Positions 1 through 12,843 of a stretch of 64,000 nt of DNA are shown here, piece by piece. Each line of letters starts with the position of its first letter. Within the stretch, counting starts at the first letter, position 1. The notes below the pieces were generated by a model that was not told where the DNA came from, made no database searches, and worked only from the letters and a program-made list of their open reading frames with translations. Origin of the DNA: Thecamonas trahens ATCC 50062 (lineage: Eukaryota; Protista; Apusomonadida). The position numbers were made by a program, and so were the translations under genes. The DNA is taken from the NCBI RefSeq assembly GCF_000142905.1, contig NW_013657666.1:493937-557936 (forward strand). The letters run 5' to 3'.

Positions 1-2230
<2,230 letters not shown>

Positions 2231-3051
2231 GGTGGTAGAGGGTGGTGGTGGCGTGGGTGGTGGTGGCGTGGGTGGGTGGAGTGCTGGTGCTGGTGCTGGT
2301 GCTGGTGCTGGTGCTGGTGGTGGTGGTGGTCGTCGTCGTGTTGTCGTCGGTCGAGTGTCGAGTGCCAGTGGTTATGGCTGAGCTGTGACCGGTGACAGAC
2401 GACACGTGACCGATGGCTTATGATGGCTGTTGCTGAGAGGAGGCGGGGGTGGAGGGGGCTGGAGGAGGGAAGGGGAGATAGAGGAAGTATGGGATTGGCT
2501 GATAGGGTGGTTGATCGGTGTTGATCGGTGTGTTATGGTTACATTGGATCGCAGGGGTGAGCATGATGATGACCCGGCCCATCGCACCACCGCATGGTTG
2601 ATTTGGTTCCCCTCCTCTCACGTCTCCGCCTACCTCTGATCCTGTCCGCCACCCTCCACTCAAACCGATTCCCACAAAGTGACCAAGACCTCTCCCCCCA
2701 CCCCAACCCCTCGATCTCCTTCCCATCCTCGTCCACGATCCTTCAATCCCCGACCCCTCCTCCCCCTCCCATCCTCGTCCACGATCCTGCGATCCCGGAC
2801 CCCTCGATCCCCCCTCCCCCCCTCTCCGCCCCCTCCCCCCTCCCATCCTCGTCCCCAATCCCTCGACCCCCCTCCCCCCTTCTCTCCCTCTCTCCCTCTC
2901 TCCACCAACTCACCAAGATCTCTCCCCCTCCCCTCCCCGTCCCAGATCGCCCTCTCCGCGTCCCCCGTCCCCCGTCCCCCGCCTCGCCCACTCAGACCGA
3001 TCCCCAACCAAGTCACCAAGACCTCTCCCCTCCCCCCCCCCCCCGTCCACC

Positions 3052-6000
3052 ATGAGCGGGCTCAGCGCAGACGACGAAGTTGAGTTTGTACTCCTTCGAC
3101 ATTCTCTGGTACTCTCTGCTTGCCAGTATGTACCTCTCGTACTTGGACTGCCTACTACCCTTGCTGCCAGTCTCTCGTACCTTCCCCATTGGTCAAGTCT
3201 CGAGTGCTGGCTTCTCCTCGCTGCTGTCCTCCTCATCCAAGCTACAGTCCTCCTCGCTGGCTACTGGTCCGTTCCTCTCAAGGCTCGCTTGACGGCAAGG
3301 CGACTGGTGTGCAACGCAGAGTCACTCGCTTGGGCTGATTCGGTCCTCGCTCTGCCTACAAAGCTTCGTGGAAAGGCCCAGATCTTGGATCTGCGCAAGA
3401 GTGAGAATCGTCAAGGTCTGGACGCTACCTTTGTCGTCTTTCAGCAGCAAGTCTATCGCTTTGGCGAGCTTGATGGTGCTGGTCGCTTTGGTTTTGGTCG
3501 TCCAGAGCTTCCGATCGGCAAGCCGCGCGAGTTCTATGCCGCTGCACGCGGGTTGGAGTCGCCCGAGAGCCTCGCCGCGGCGCATGAGATGTACGGCGGC
3601 AACTCGTTCGACGTCCCGTCGCGGACGTTCAAGGACATGTACATCGAGCACGCGCTTGCGCCGTTCTTTGTCTTTCAGATCATGTGTGTCCTTCTCTGGC
3701 TCCTCGACGAGTACTGGCACTACGCCCTGCTCACGCTCGTCATGCTTCTGTTCCTCGAGGGTGTCATGGTCAAGCAGCGGCTGCGCAACCTGGCCGCCCT
3801 TGGCTCGATGTCGCCCGAGCCGTCAAAGGTCAATGTCCTCCGTGAGGGCACGTGGTCGTCAGTCTGGTCGACCACGCTGGTGCCCGGCGACATCATTGCT
3901 CTCGCCGGCCCACGCGGCCGCAACGAGGCCGACCCGGGCGCCGTCCCCTGCGACGTCGTCCTCCTCTACGGCAAGGTCATTGTCAACGAGGCCATGCTCA
4001 CCGGCGAGTCGGTCCCGCAGGCCAAGGAGCCGCTCCTTGAGGGCGGCGACGCCTGGCCGGCCGACCGTACCCTCTCGCTCGAGTCGGACAAGCTCCACAT
4101 TGTGTTTGGTGGCACGACGGTGGTCCAGCACTCAGAGCCGACCAGTGCCGTCCCATTCCGGTCCTTCCGCTCTGGCGCTGCCCTCGGCATGGTTGTCCGC
4201 ACCGGCTTTGACACTGCCCAGGGCTCGCTCGTCCGCACCATTGTCTTTGCTGCCCAGCGCATGACCGCGGCTAACGCCGAGGCACTGGGCTTCATCTGCT
4301 TCCTCCTCGCGTTTGCCCTCCTCGCAGCGTGGCATGTGTGGACTACCGGCATCGAGCGGGCCATTCTCCCCAAGTCCAAGCTCCTGCTCGAGTGCATCCT
4401 GATTGTCACCTCGGTCGTGCCGCCCGAGCTCCCTATGGAGCTCTCGATGGCTGTCAACTCGTCCCTTGTCGCGCTCCAGTCCAAGGGCGTGTTTTGCACC
4501 GAACCGTTCCGCATTCCCTACGGCGGCAAGGTCGACGTCTGCTGCTTTGACAAGACCGGGACGCTCACCACCGAGGAGCTTGTGGTCCGTGGTGTCGCCG
4601 GCGTCGATGCCAACAACCCTGACCGCCTCGTCCGCGCCAGCTCTGCCCCGCCGGCCGCCGGCCTTGTCCTCGGCGCCTGCCACTCGCTTGTCGCCATGCG
4701 GGCCGAGGTCGTCGGCGACCCGATGGAGCGGGCCGCGCTCCACGCCTCGCGCTGGCACCTCACCTCGACCGGCGCCGAGATTGGCCGCGGCGGCATGAAG
4801 ACCTCGGCCTTCCATGTTCGGGTCTTCCACTTTAGCTCGAGCCTCAAGCGCATGTCGGTCATTGCCAAGATCCAGCACGGCGGGATGGGCGCCAAGACGC
4901 CGATGGTGCTCACTAAGGGCGCACCCGAGGTCATCGCCAACTGCGTCGCTGACCTTCCGCACTGGTACTGGTCGGCGTACTCGGGCTGGGCCCGCAAGGG
5001 CGCCCGCGTCATCGCCCTCGCCACCCGGACGCTCACCGAGGCCGAGGCTGCCAAGCCGAGCGCCGTCCCGCGTGATGTTGCCGAGTCGAACCTCGAGTTT
5101 GCCGGCTTTCTGGTCATGAACTGTCCGCTCAAGGTCGACTCGCTCGCCTCTATCGACGAGCTGCACGAGTCGTCGCACCGGACCATGATGATCACCGGCG
5201 ACGCGCTCCTGACTGGCATTTCGGTCGCCGAAAAGCTCGGCATGGCCACCCGCCAGGTCCTCACTCTTCTCGCCGACCCGGTGAGCGGCATGCCGACCGA
5301 GTGGATCGATCCCGAGCTCTCGATCCTACTCTCGACCTCTAGCGCGTCCGCCCGGCGTGTAGCCTCCGAGTTGTCGCTCACCCGTCTGCCAGTGGCAGCC
5401 TACACACCCGCCACTGTGGGCGAGCTTGTCTCGAGCTACGACGTGGCCCTTGACGGACCTGGCTTTGCCGCCCTCGCCGACCACGATCCCGCGCTTCTTG
5501 ACGCGCTCCTTCCCTACGTCCGCGTCTTTGCGCGCGTCACCCCGCAGCAAAAGGAGCTGGTGCTGGCGACGCTGCGGCGGCTCGGCCTCACCACACTCAT
5601 GTGCGGCGACGGGACCAATGATGTCGGCGCGCTCAAGCAGGCTCACGTCGGCGTAGCGCTGCTCAATGTGGACAACGGTGCGTCGCTCCGGGCCAAGATC
5701 CGGGCCGACGCTGGGCTTCCTGTCGAGCACGCTGCTGGAGATGATGATGACGACGACGAGAGCGAGGCTGCAGCGTCGTCAACGGGCGCGCGCAAGGCTG
5801 CTGAGCTCCGCAAGCGCAAGGCGGAGCGCGCAGGCCTCAGCGCCAAGGAGCTGGCGGCAGCGCGGCGCAAGGCGCGGGCCAAGGGCAAGGGCAAGAAAAA
5901 CCGCTCCGGCGGTGCCGCGCCGCAGGGCTCGTTGGCGGCGGCCATGTCGTCCGAGCCGGTCATCAAGCTCGGCGATGCGTCGATTGCCTCGCCATTCACC

Positions 6001-6744
6001 TCCAAGTCGTCGTCGATCCACGCCATTTGCCTCGTCATCCAGCAGGGTCGGTGCACGCTCGTCACCACCCACCAGATGTACCGCATTCTTGCCCTCAACT
6101 GCCTGGTCAACGCCTACGCGCTCTCGGTCCTCTACCTCGATGGCGTCAAGTTTGGCGACTTGCAGATGACGCTCATGGGCATCCTGGTCGCGGTCTGCTT
6201 CCTCTTCATCTCGCGGTCCAAGCCGCTGCCGACCCTCTCTGCCGCACGGCCGCAGCCGCGGGTCTTCACCGCCTACCTTCTCGTCTCGCTCCTCGGTCAG
6301 TTTGCGGTCCACCTCGGCGCGCTGATGTACCTCGTCGCCGCTGCCAAGGACGCCATCGGCCTCGGGCCGAACGAAGTCGTCTCGGCCGATCTCGAGGCCG
6401 ACTTTGAGCCCAACGTCGTCAACAACGTCGTCTTTATCCTCTCGGCATGGATGCAGACCGCCAACTTTGCCATCAATTACCGCGGGCACCCGTTCATGGA
6501 GGGTCTCCGTGAGAACAAGATCCTCATCTACATTCTTGCCACCATGGCCTCGCTCCTCATCCTCCTTGCGCTCGGCGTCATCCCGCCGCTTGCCTACCTT
6601 GCCGAGCTCGCACCGTGGCCCTCGTTTTCCTTCCAGCTCCTCGTCGTCGCCACGCTCGTCGCCGATGCCATCGGTGCCCTCGCCATGGAGCACATTGCCT
6701 CGGTCCTCTTCAACCGTGCCGAGCCGCGGCTTCCTGTCCAGTAG
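3052..6744 (+). CDS. ATP13A1: P5A-type ATPase (ER transmembrane-helix dislocase, Spf1/ATP13A1 family)
   Basis: PFFVFQ, LTGES, PPELPMELS (P5A signature), CCFDKTGTLT, MMITGD, MCGDGTNDVGALK, QGRCTLVTT, NYRGHPFM. Confidence 0.96.
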   Translation: MSGLSADDEVEFVLLRHSLVLSACQYVPLVLGLPTTLAASLSYLPHWSSLECWLLLAAVLLIQATVLLAGYWSVPLKARLTARRLVCNAESLAWADSVLALPTKLRGKAQILDLRKSENRQGLDATFVVFQQQVYRFGELDGAGRFGFGRPELPIGKPREFYAAARGLESPESLAAAHEMYGGNSFDVPSRTFKDMYIEHALAPFFVFQIMCVLLWLLDEYWHYALLTLVMLLFLEGVMVKQRLRNLAALGSMSPEPSKVNVLREGTWSSVWSTTLVPGDIIALAGPRGRNEADPGAVPCDVVLLYGKVIVNEAMLTGESVPQAKEPLLEGGDAWPADRTLSLESDKLHIVFGGTTVVQHSEPTSAVPFRSFRSGAALGMVVRTGFDTAQGSLVRTIVFAAQRMTAANAEALGFICFLLAFALLAAWHVWTTGIERAILPKSKLLLECILIVTSVVPPELPMELSMAVNSSLVALQSKGVFCTEPFRIPYGGKVDVCCFDKTGTLTTEELVVRGVAGVDANNPDRLVRASSAPPAAGLVLGACHSLVAMRAEVVGDPMERAALHASRWHLTSTGAEIGRGGMKTSAFHVRVFHFSSSLKRMSVIAKIQHGGMGAKTPMVLTKGAPEVIANCVADLPHWYWSAYSGWARKGARVIALATRTLTEAEAAKPSAVPRDVAESNLEFAGFLVMNCPLKVDSLASIDELHESSHRTMMITGDALLTGISVAEKLGMATRQVLTLLADPVSGMPTEWIDPELSILLSTSSASARRVASELSLTRLPVAAYTPATVGELVSSYDVALDGPGFAALADHDPALLDALLPYVRVFARVTPQQKELVLATLRRLGLTTLMCGDGTNDVGALKQAHVGVALLNVDNGASLRAKIRADAGLPVEHAAGDDDDDDESEAAASSTGARKAAELRKRKAERAGLSAKELAAARRKARAKGKGKKNRSGGAAPQGSLAAAMSSEPVIKLGDASIASPFTSKSSSIHAICLVIQQGRCTLVTTHQMYRILALNCLVNAYALSVLYLDGVKFGDLQMTLMGILVAVCFLFISRSKPLPTLSAARPQPRVFTAYLLVSLLGQFAVHLGALMYLVAAAKDAIGLGPNEVVSADLEADFEPNVVNNVVFILSAWMQTANFAINYRGHPFMEGLRENKILIYILATMASLLILLALGVIPPLAYLAELAPWPSFSFQLLVVATLVADAIGALAMEHIASVLFNRAEPRLPVQ

Positions 6745-6981
6745 TTGAGCCTGTAAAGCAGACCACCCGCCTGTATGCACTCGTACCATTAATCGTAGCA
6801 GCCATCGTTTCATTTATCGTTCGCCATGGTTGAATTTATGGTTCGCCTCTACCCTTGCTGCAGCGAGCGTTGCAGCAAACGTTCCTTTATCGTTGGCCCC
6901 GGTTCGAACTCGGTTCGTTCACCACTTCGCGCCAACCGCGGAGGAGACGTCGGGCAAGAGGCACGGCTGGGAGGGACGACC

Positions 6982-9900
6982 ATGCGGAGAACTGCGCTCC
7001 ATGTCCGCCTCAGCGACTTTCGTGGTCACTCGCTACATTGGATGGATGCACATAATCACCTGGCCGACCCATACCTTCAGGTCGCCTTTGGTGTCCCCAC
7101 CCGTCCTGGCCGACCGCTCGCTGGTGACAATGGCAGCAATGGCGCCAGCGACGCCAAGAACCTCGCCGGTGACAGCCATGGCACCTCTGCGACAGTCGAA
7201 CCTCAGAATCATATCCAAGCTCTCCATGGTGAAAGCTCCCGCTCTGGTGCCTTGATCAGCTCCCGTTCGGGTGCCTCTCTCAGCGCTCGTCCTGGATCAC
7301 TGGGAACCGTCATTCCCAAGCATCGTGTTGTGCTCGAGGGTGATAGCGGCCCGCCCGTGGCCTTGCTCCAGACAGAGCCCATCTTTGAAGAGCTCGATCC
7401 GGTGTGGCCAGACTCTGCAGAGTTTGAGTTTGAGTTCTCCCACATCGACGAGTTGGCTAACGCGTACATGGTCCTCATCTGCTACGACATGGACTTTCAA
7501 GCCGAGCACGAGGAGATCGGACATGCCCGCCTCTCGCTCCTCGATCTAGCCACAGGCGCCCCAAATCGCCTGGTTCAACTCAGGCTCCGCCATGCTGATC
7601 GCGGTCGCATCTCGTTCAACTGCGTCATCCAGGAGCTCTGCCCCGTCGAGCTGAGCCTCTCTACCGTCCGCCTCGACCGCGCTTCGGCCGAGGCCGCCCT
7701 CGTCGACCTCGAGGGTGCGTTTCTCGAGCTCGACCTTGCTGGCGAGACCATGACCACCGAACCGTGCCTCTTTCACCAGCTTCCGTCATGGGACGCGCGC
7801 ATGTTTGGCGAGCCGCTGGTCAAGACGCTGACGCTGGAGAAGATCCGCGCGCTCACGCTCTCGTTCCGGCTCTGCATGCTCGGCCACGGTGACCGCAAGG
7901 TCTGCATCGCCAGCATCGACTTTGACGTTTCTAGTCTCTTGGACAGCATCGACGTGGCTGCCGCCGAGGCTGAACTGGCTTCAGGCACCGCACCACTGGC
8001 ACTGGCGCTCCCGTTCTCCCGCGAGCTCGTCCTCAACGTTGGCACACCCATCGGCCCTTTCAGCGGCTCGCTGCACCTGACCAACTATCCACGGCTCCGG
8101 CAGGCGCCGCACGACATGGAGCGCGCCGCTGCGCTCCAGCGGCGCATTGCCGCCCACGCCGAGGTCAATCCCTACGCCGACGCTGCAGCTGAGCTTGCCT
8201 TTCTGGCGCAGCCAAGTGCGCCGGCGAGTACGTTTGTGACCCAGAGCCACGAGGCTGACGCCAACAGCGGAGACAAGGCCGAGGCTGAGGGTGATGATGG
8301 TACGGGAGCGGAAATTGACATCATGACTATTGCTCCTGACCCTGCGTCCGAGTCTGGCGAGGAGTCGGACGAGTCGGAGGATGCCGGCGGCGAGGGTTAC
8401 GGTTATGACGGGCCGAACGCTGCTGTGGCTGCTGTAGTCTCTGCGCTTGACACGGGTGCGATCGAGCCAGTTTTGGAGGCGATGGATCAGCTGCGCGGCA
8501 TGTTTCATGCTACGTCGGCTGTCAACGAGGACGAGTCGGGCTCTGACGAGCCGTTTGCAGCCGTTGCTGCCCAACTCGAGGGCCCGCCGCCGGTCCTGCT
8601 TGCTCTTCACTACGTATCAAGCAAGCCCGCGCTGGCGAGCCTCATCGAACCGCTGGTGGAAAAGGCAGGCTTTGACTTGGAGACGGTCTCGGTTGCCGGC
8701 CTCGCGCCGCTAGACGTAGCGGTCCGGAGCCAGGCGTACGAGTGCATGACGGCGTTGCTCAAACTCCTTGCGCGCCGGTCTGTCAAGCGGCAGCAAGTTG
8801 CGCGTGAGCGAGCAATTGAGCTGGTGCGCGCAGAGCGCGAGGCGCGGGCAGCCGAAGCCAAGAAGCTCGGCGGGAGCAGTACAGGAGCAACAAGTCGGCG
8901 CAAGACAACGCGCGGCCGCGGCAAGGGACGTGGTCGTGCGCGCGTTCGCGGACGGGGTCGCGGGCGGAGTAGCGGGCGGCGTGGCGGTCGTGATGGCGAG
9001 CGACGGGCGGTCGGCCGCGGATCGTCAGCGCTCAACACTTCGCTCACCTCGTTGGAGAGCTTCAGCTCGGGCAGTGTCCCGGTGGTCAATCCAAACTACA
9101 TCGAGGTAGAGAGCAATGCCTTTGCGGCGCGAGTGGAGACGCTGTTCTCTGTCTGTCGAGTGCCCAACTACCGGTATGCAGAACCGCTGATCCGGTACTA
9201 CGGACATGCGCTTGCCAGCGCGCGCGACGAGAACGGCAACACGGCACTGCACCTGGTTGCTGCGGTGAAAGAGGGTGATGAGAACTCTATTGTTGCACGT
9301 GATGTACTGTCCATCACGCGCGACCTCATTGCGGCCGGCGCTCCGCTTGATGCACAGCGCGCCGATGGGGCGACACCGCTCTCTCTCACGCTCGCTGTCG
9401 GCTCGTTTGGTATGGCGCAGATGTTGCTCGAGGCAGGGGCAGACGTGAATCTGGCGGATGCCAAGGGCCAGACTGCGCTCATCATTGCGGTCCAGATGGG
9501 GCTGGACGACATGATCGAGAACTTGCTTGCGCACAACGCGGACCCCAACGTGTGCAACACGACAAGCCAATCCGCACTCCACATTGCGGCGGCGTTCAAC
9601 AAGTACTCGGCCATACCGCGGCTGCTCAATGCAACCAAGTATGGTGCAAACCAGGACGCGTACGCTATGCGGCTCGACGCCGATGGGCGGACGGCGCTGC
9701 ATGTGGCGGCGCTAATGGGTCAGCTCGACGCGCTGGAGCAGTTGCTCAAGTATCCCGCGGTCGACATCTCAGCGCGCGACGCCAACGGACTGACTGCGCT
9801 TGAGCTGGCCAAGTCGGACGATGTGCGGCGCGAGTTGCAGGCGCACGGTGCGACCAAAGAGAACGACGCCGCGCTGTTAGCGGCGGCCGATACCGGCGAC

Positions 9901-10479
9901 CTGGCAACAGTTCAGCGACTGGTCCAGCCGATCGGGGAGGACTCGTCGCTGCAGCTCGCGTTTGCCGACGCTACCCATTCGGTCACAGCTCTGACCGCCA
10001 TGCACTATGCGGCACGGCGCGGACACACCGATGTGATGCAGGCGCTGCTGGAGGCCGGCGCCAACGCCAATGCCGTCTTTAACCTCATGGGTTGGACGGC
10101 GCTGTACGCGGCGGCCTACCATGGGCGGGAGGCCGCGGTCCAGCTGCTGCTCGAGGCTGGGGCTGATCCGCAGACCTGCGACCTCGATGGGATGACACCA
10201 CTCCATGCAGCGGCGGGCAAGGGCCATCTCTTAGTCGTCACCACGCTCCTTGGCGCAGGTGCCGACGTCGAGGGGCGGACCCACGCCGGATGGACGCCGC
10301 TGCATGTGGCGGCGTACAACGGCAAGCTTGATATCATCCGGGCGCTGCTTGAGTCTGGTGCCGAGCCGGGCGCCATTGCCGATCTTGGGCGCTCTCCACT
10401 GGACTATGCTGCTAACGCCCAGGTAGCCGAGCTGCTGCGTAGTGCCTTGCGGTCGCCGATGCCGTCTCCTCGGGTGTAG
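6982..10479 (+). CDS. C2-domain and ankyrin-repeat protein
   Basis: N-terminal C2 (MDAHNHLADPYL...LDPVW...LICYDMD..HEEIG) with a low-complexity insertion, then a probable second C2-like domain, acidic and RG-rich linkers, and >10 ankyrin repeats (GNTALHL, GATPL, GRTALHVAA, GMTPLHAAA, GWTPLHVAA). ATG 6982 is preferred; the ORF is open from 6826. Confidence 0.85.
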   Translation: MRRTALHVRLSDFRGHSLHWMDAHNHLADPYLQVAFGVPTRPGRPLAGDNGSNGASDAKNLAGDSHGTSATVEPQNHIQALHGESSRSGALISSRSGASLSARPGSLGTVIPKHRVVLEGDSGPPVALLQTEPIFEELDPVWPDSAEFEFEFSHIDELANAYMVLICYDMDFQAEHEEIGHARLSLLDLATGAPNRLVQLRLRHADRGRISFNCVIQELCPVELSLSTVRLDRASAEAALVDLEGAFLELDLAGETMTTEPCLFHQLPSWDARMFGEPLVKTLTLEKIRALTLSFRLCMLGHGDRKVCIASIDFDVSSLLDSIDVAAAEAELASGTAPLALALPFSRELVLNVGTPIGPFSGSLHLTNYPRLRQAPHDMERAAALQRRIAAHAEVNPYADAAAELAFLAQPSAPASTFVTQSHEADANSGDKAEAEGDDGTGAEIDIMTIAPDPASESGEESDESEDAGGEGYGYDGPNAAVAAVVSALDTGAIEPVLEAMDQLRGMFHATSAVNEDESGSDEPFAAVAAQLEGPPPVLLALHYVSSKPALASLIEPLVEKAGFDLETVSVAGLAPLDVAVRSQAYECMTALLKLLARRSVKRQQVARERAIELVRAEREARAAEAKKLGGSSTGATSRRKTTRGRGKGRGRARVRGRGRGRSSGRRGGRDGERRAVGRGSSALNTSLTSLESFSSGSVPVVNPNYIEVESNAFAARVETLFSVCRVPNYRYAEPLIRYYGHALASARDENGNTALHLVAAVKEGDENSIVARDVLSITRDLIAAGAPLDAQRADGATPLSLTLAVGSFGMAQMLLEAGADVNLADAKGQTALIIAVQMGLDDMIENLLAHNADPNVCNTTSQSALHIAAAFNKYSAIPRLLNATKYGANQDAYAMRLDADGRTALHVAALMGQLDALEQLLKYPAVDISARDANGLTALELAKSDDVRRELQAHGATKENDAALLAAADTGDLATVQRLVQPIGEDSSLQLAFADATHSVTALTAMHYAARRGHTDVMQALLEAGANANAVFNLMGWTALYAAAYHGREAAVQLLLEAGADPQTCDLDGMTPLHAAAGKGHLLVVTTLLGAGADVEGRTHAGWTPLHVAAYNGKLDIIRALLESGAEPGAIADLGRSPLDYAANAQVAELLRSALRSPMPSPRV

Positions 10480-10732
10480 GATGTAGCCACCGATGGGGTT
10501 TTCCTGTGTGTCTGCAAGAAAAAAGCACCTCCCATTCCCCACCGGCATCAAATCGGGCGACGATGCTTGCTGTTGCTTCATGCCCACCGTCGCGACAGTA
10601 AAAAATTGAGAGTTGCCGTGTGCTCGGCGGCCGTGTGCCCGGTCGGGTGGCCATCGCCCGGCGGCCGTCGCCCGGCGGCCGGCACTCGACCACGACCGCC
10701 TGCGGCCGGCGCCACACACGACTCTAAACGAC

Positions 10733-12796
10733 ATGTCGGCCAAGCCAAGCCGACGCATACGACGACGAGTGCATGGAGTTCCAAGGAGTAGCAGCAAGAT
10801 ACCAAGTGTGACGCCAAAGGCGTCGACGACGCCGACATTTACCTGTAGCAGTAGTCCAAGCAGTCCGCGAGGTCATGACGATGATGATGACGACGATGAT
10901 GATGATGATCACGATCACGATCACGATCACGATCACGATCACAATGATGATGATGATGATGATCACGATCACGATCACGATCATGATGATGATCATGATG
11001 ACAATGACAATGATGATGACAATGATGACAATGATGATGACAATGATGATGATGATCCTGTCTCGGACCTCCTCTCCTCCGCTCTTGGTGCCTGGACCCC
11101 GTCTGATAATGGCTTCTCGCTCATCCGCTTGTCATGGACACCGTCTATGCCTCGCTCTGGCGGCTCTCATCTCGGACCTGGTGGGGATGGTGGAGACGGT
11201 GAGGGCGAGGATCGTGATCGATTGCGGTTGATTGCAGGGAGGGACGTGGTCCTGGGCTCGGATAGCTCGGCGGCTGTGGCCGGTGCAATGCCCCTGGACG
11301 GCATCGCGGACGGCGTGGCGACGACGGCTCCCACGTCTGCCGGGACTGCAGACGTGAGATGGCTGGCCTCCCTCCACGGACCGTCGCTTGTGAGCCTGGT
11401 TGTGGCGCTGCTGACCGAGGCCTCAGTTGTCGTGTGCTCGGCGTCGCCTGTCGTTGCTTCGCGGACGCCCGCGCTGTTGCGGACGCTGCTAGCACCGTTT
11501 GTCTGGCCGCACGCCTTTGCGTCGCTTGTTCCGCGCCGCGCCCTGCTGCAGCTCGCCGATGGCTCTGCGCCGTTTCTGCTTGGCCTGCATGCATCCAATG
11601 AGGAGGCTGCCGCGCTTGGCGCAACGATGGCGCGCACGCCGGGCGTCCTTGTCTACGACGCTGACCTTGATCTCGTGTACGGTGCCTGTCCGCACCCGCG
11701 CTTTCCGCAGACGGTCCTGCTGGTGATGGAGGATGCAGCGGCTACCACACTCCGCAGCCTGCGCTTTGCCGAGCTCGCCGACAGGCAGCCGACCGAGGCC
11801 GTCGCTGCTTCCGCTCTTGCCGCGGCTCTCGCCCCGCATCTGGCCTGGACCGTCGACGGCATCAATGACTTTCTTGGCGGCGATGCGGGCTCGTCGACGG
11901 CCAGTCCAGATCCGTATGCGCGAGTCTTTGACGTTGGCGGCTGGGTGGCGGCGCGTTGTGGCACGGCCAACGATGCCCAGTGCAGCGCCAAAGCGGCGTT
12001 TCTGGCGGTCCTTGCTGAGACCGAGGCCTTCCGTGCACACGTGGTCGACGTGGCGGCACGGGCCAGGCTGCTGGCGAGCCTTCCGCCGGCGCGCACGCTC
12101 TATGTCCTCAACACCATTCCCAAGGAGTCTCTGGCTGGAGCATCCGAGGACTCGGGATGGGTCGACTTTGGCGCACCAGATCTCGGAACGCTCTCGGAGA
12201 TGCTGCTGGCCCGGATCGCGGCGTTGGTTGAGCCGGCCGGCGGCGTCGAGGTGAGCGCGGAAAAGGCGGCAGAGATCCGAGTCCTCCCGACGTACCGCTC
12301 GTTTGTACTGGCGACGCTCAAGCTGCGGTCTGTGGCGCTACACGCTGCGTCGCGGCTCGAGATCATGGTCCTTGCGCTCAATTTGTTCAACACGCTCGCA
12401 CTCCACGCCGCGGTTGAGTTTGCAGGCAACGAGCTGGTGACGCCCGGCGAGGTGGCGCGATTTGTGTGCTACGACGTTGGTGGCCTGCACCTCTCGATGC
12501 ATGCGCTCGAGCATGGCATCCTGCGATCGAGCGGCGGACATGGGACGCCGCTGGCGGCGGCGCCGTGGATGATGGCTGCAGGACGGCCGCTGGTCGCGCT
12601 GCCGGGCTCTGAGCTCTTTGACGTCCTCACGCTGCGATCGGCGGTGCCTGGCCTCGGCGCGGCGCTGCAGCGACGCGGTCGGACGGTTCGGACCGCACTC
12701 ACGGTCTTTACCGTCGACCGAGTGTCAAGCCAGCTGCGGCGACTTGCTCAGGCATTGCGGCGCGGGCGGCGGCGAAGCACGGTTGGCGGAGTGTAA
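10733..12796 (+). CDS. DENN-domain (cDENN/dDENN) protein with a C-terminal DUF547-like domain
   Basis: cDENN ALLTEASVVVCS..LLAPFVWPHAFASLVP..SAPFLLGL; dDENN AFLAVLAETEAFRAHV; DUF547-like ALNLFNTLALHA..YDVGGLHLSMHALEHGILR..VFTVDRVSSQL. The start codon is uncertain. Confidence 0.75.
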   Translation: MSAKPSRRIRRRVHGVPRSSSKIPSVTPKASTTPTFTCSSSPSSPRGHDDDDDDDDDDDHDHDHDHDHDHNDDDDDDHDHDHDHDDDHDDNDNDDDNDDNDDDNDDDDPVSDLLSSALGAWTPSDNGFSLIRLSWTPSMPRSGGSHLGPGGDGGDGEGEDRDRLRLIAGRDVVLGSDSSAAVAGAMPLDGIADGVATTAPTSAGTADVRWLASLHGPSLVSLVVALLTEASVVVCSASPVVASRTPALLRTLLAPFVWPHAFASLVPRRALLQLADGSAPFLLGLHASNEEAAALGATMARTPGVLVYDADLDLVYGACPHPRFPQTVLLVMEDAAATTLRSLRFAELADRQPTEAVAASALAAALAPHLAWTVDGINDFLGGDAGSSTASPDPYARVFDVGGWVAARCGTANDAQCSAKAAFLAVLAETEAFRAHVVDVAARARLLASLPPARTLYVLNTIPKESLAGASEDSGWVDFGAPDLGTLSEMLLARIAALVEPAGGVEVSAEKAAEIRVLPTYRSFVLATLKLRSVALHAASRLEIMVLALNLFNTLALHAAVEFAGNELVTPGEVARFVCYDVGGLHLSMHALEHGILRSSGGHGTPLAAAPWMMAAGRPLVALPGSELFDVLTLRSAVPGLGAALQRRGRTVRTALTVFTVDRVSSQLRRLAQALRRGRRRSTVGGV
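10874..11056 (+). repeat. In-frame (GAT/GAC/CAC/AAT)n microsatellite encoding an Asp/His/Asn tract
   Basis: Visible trinucleotide and hexanucleotide repeats. Confidence 0.9.
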
Positions 12797-12843
12797 AAGG
12801 CTGTGCACGTTTACGAGCGCGATCCACCAGCGGGGAGGAGAGG

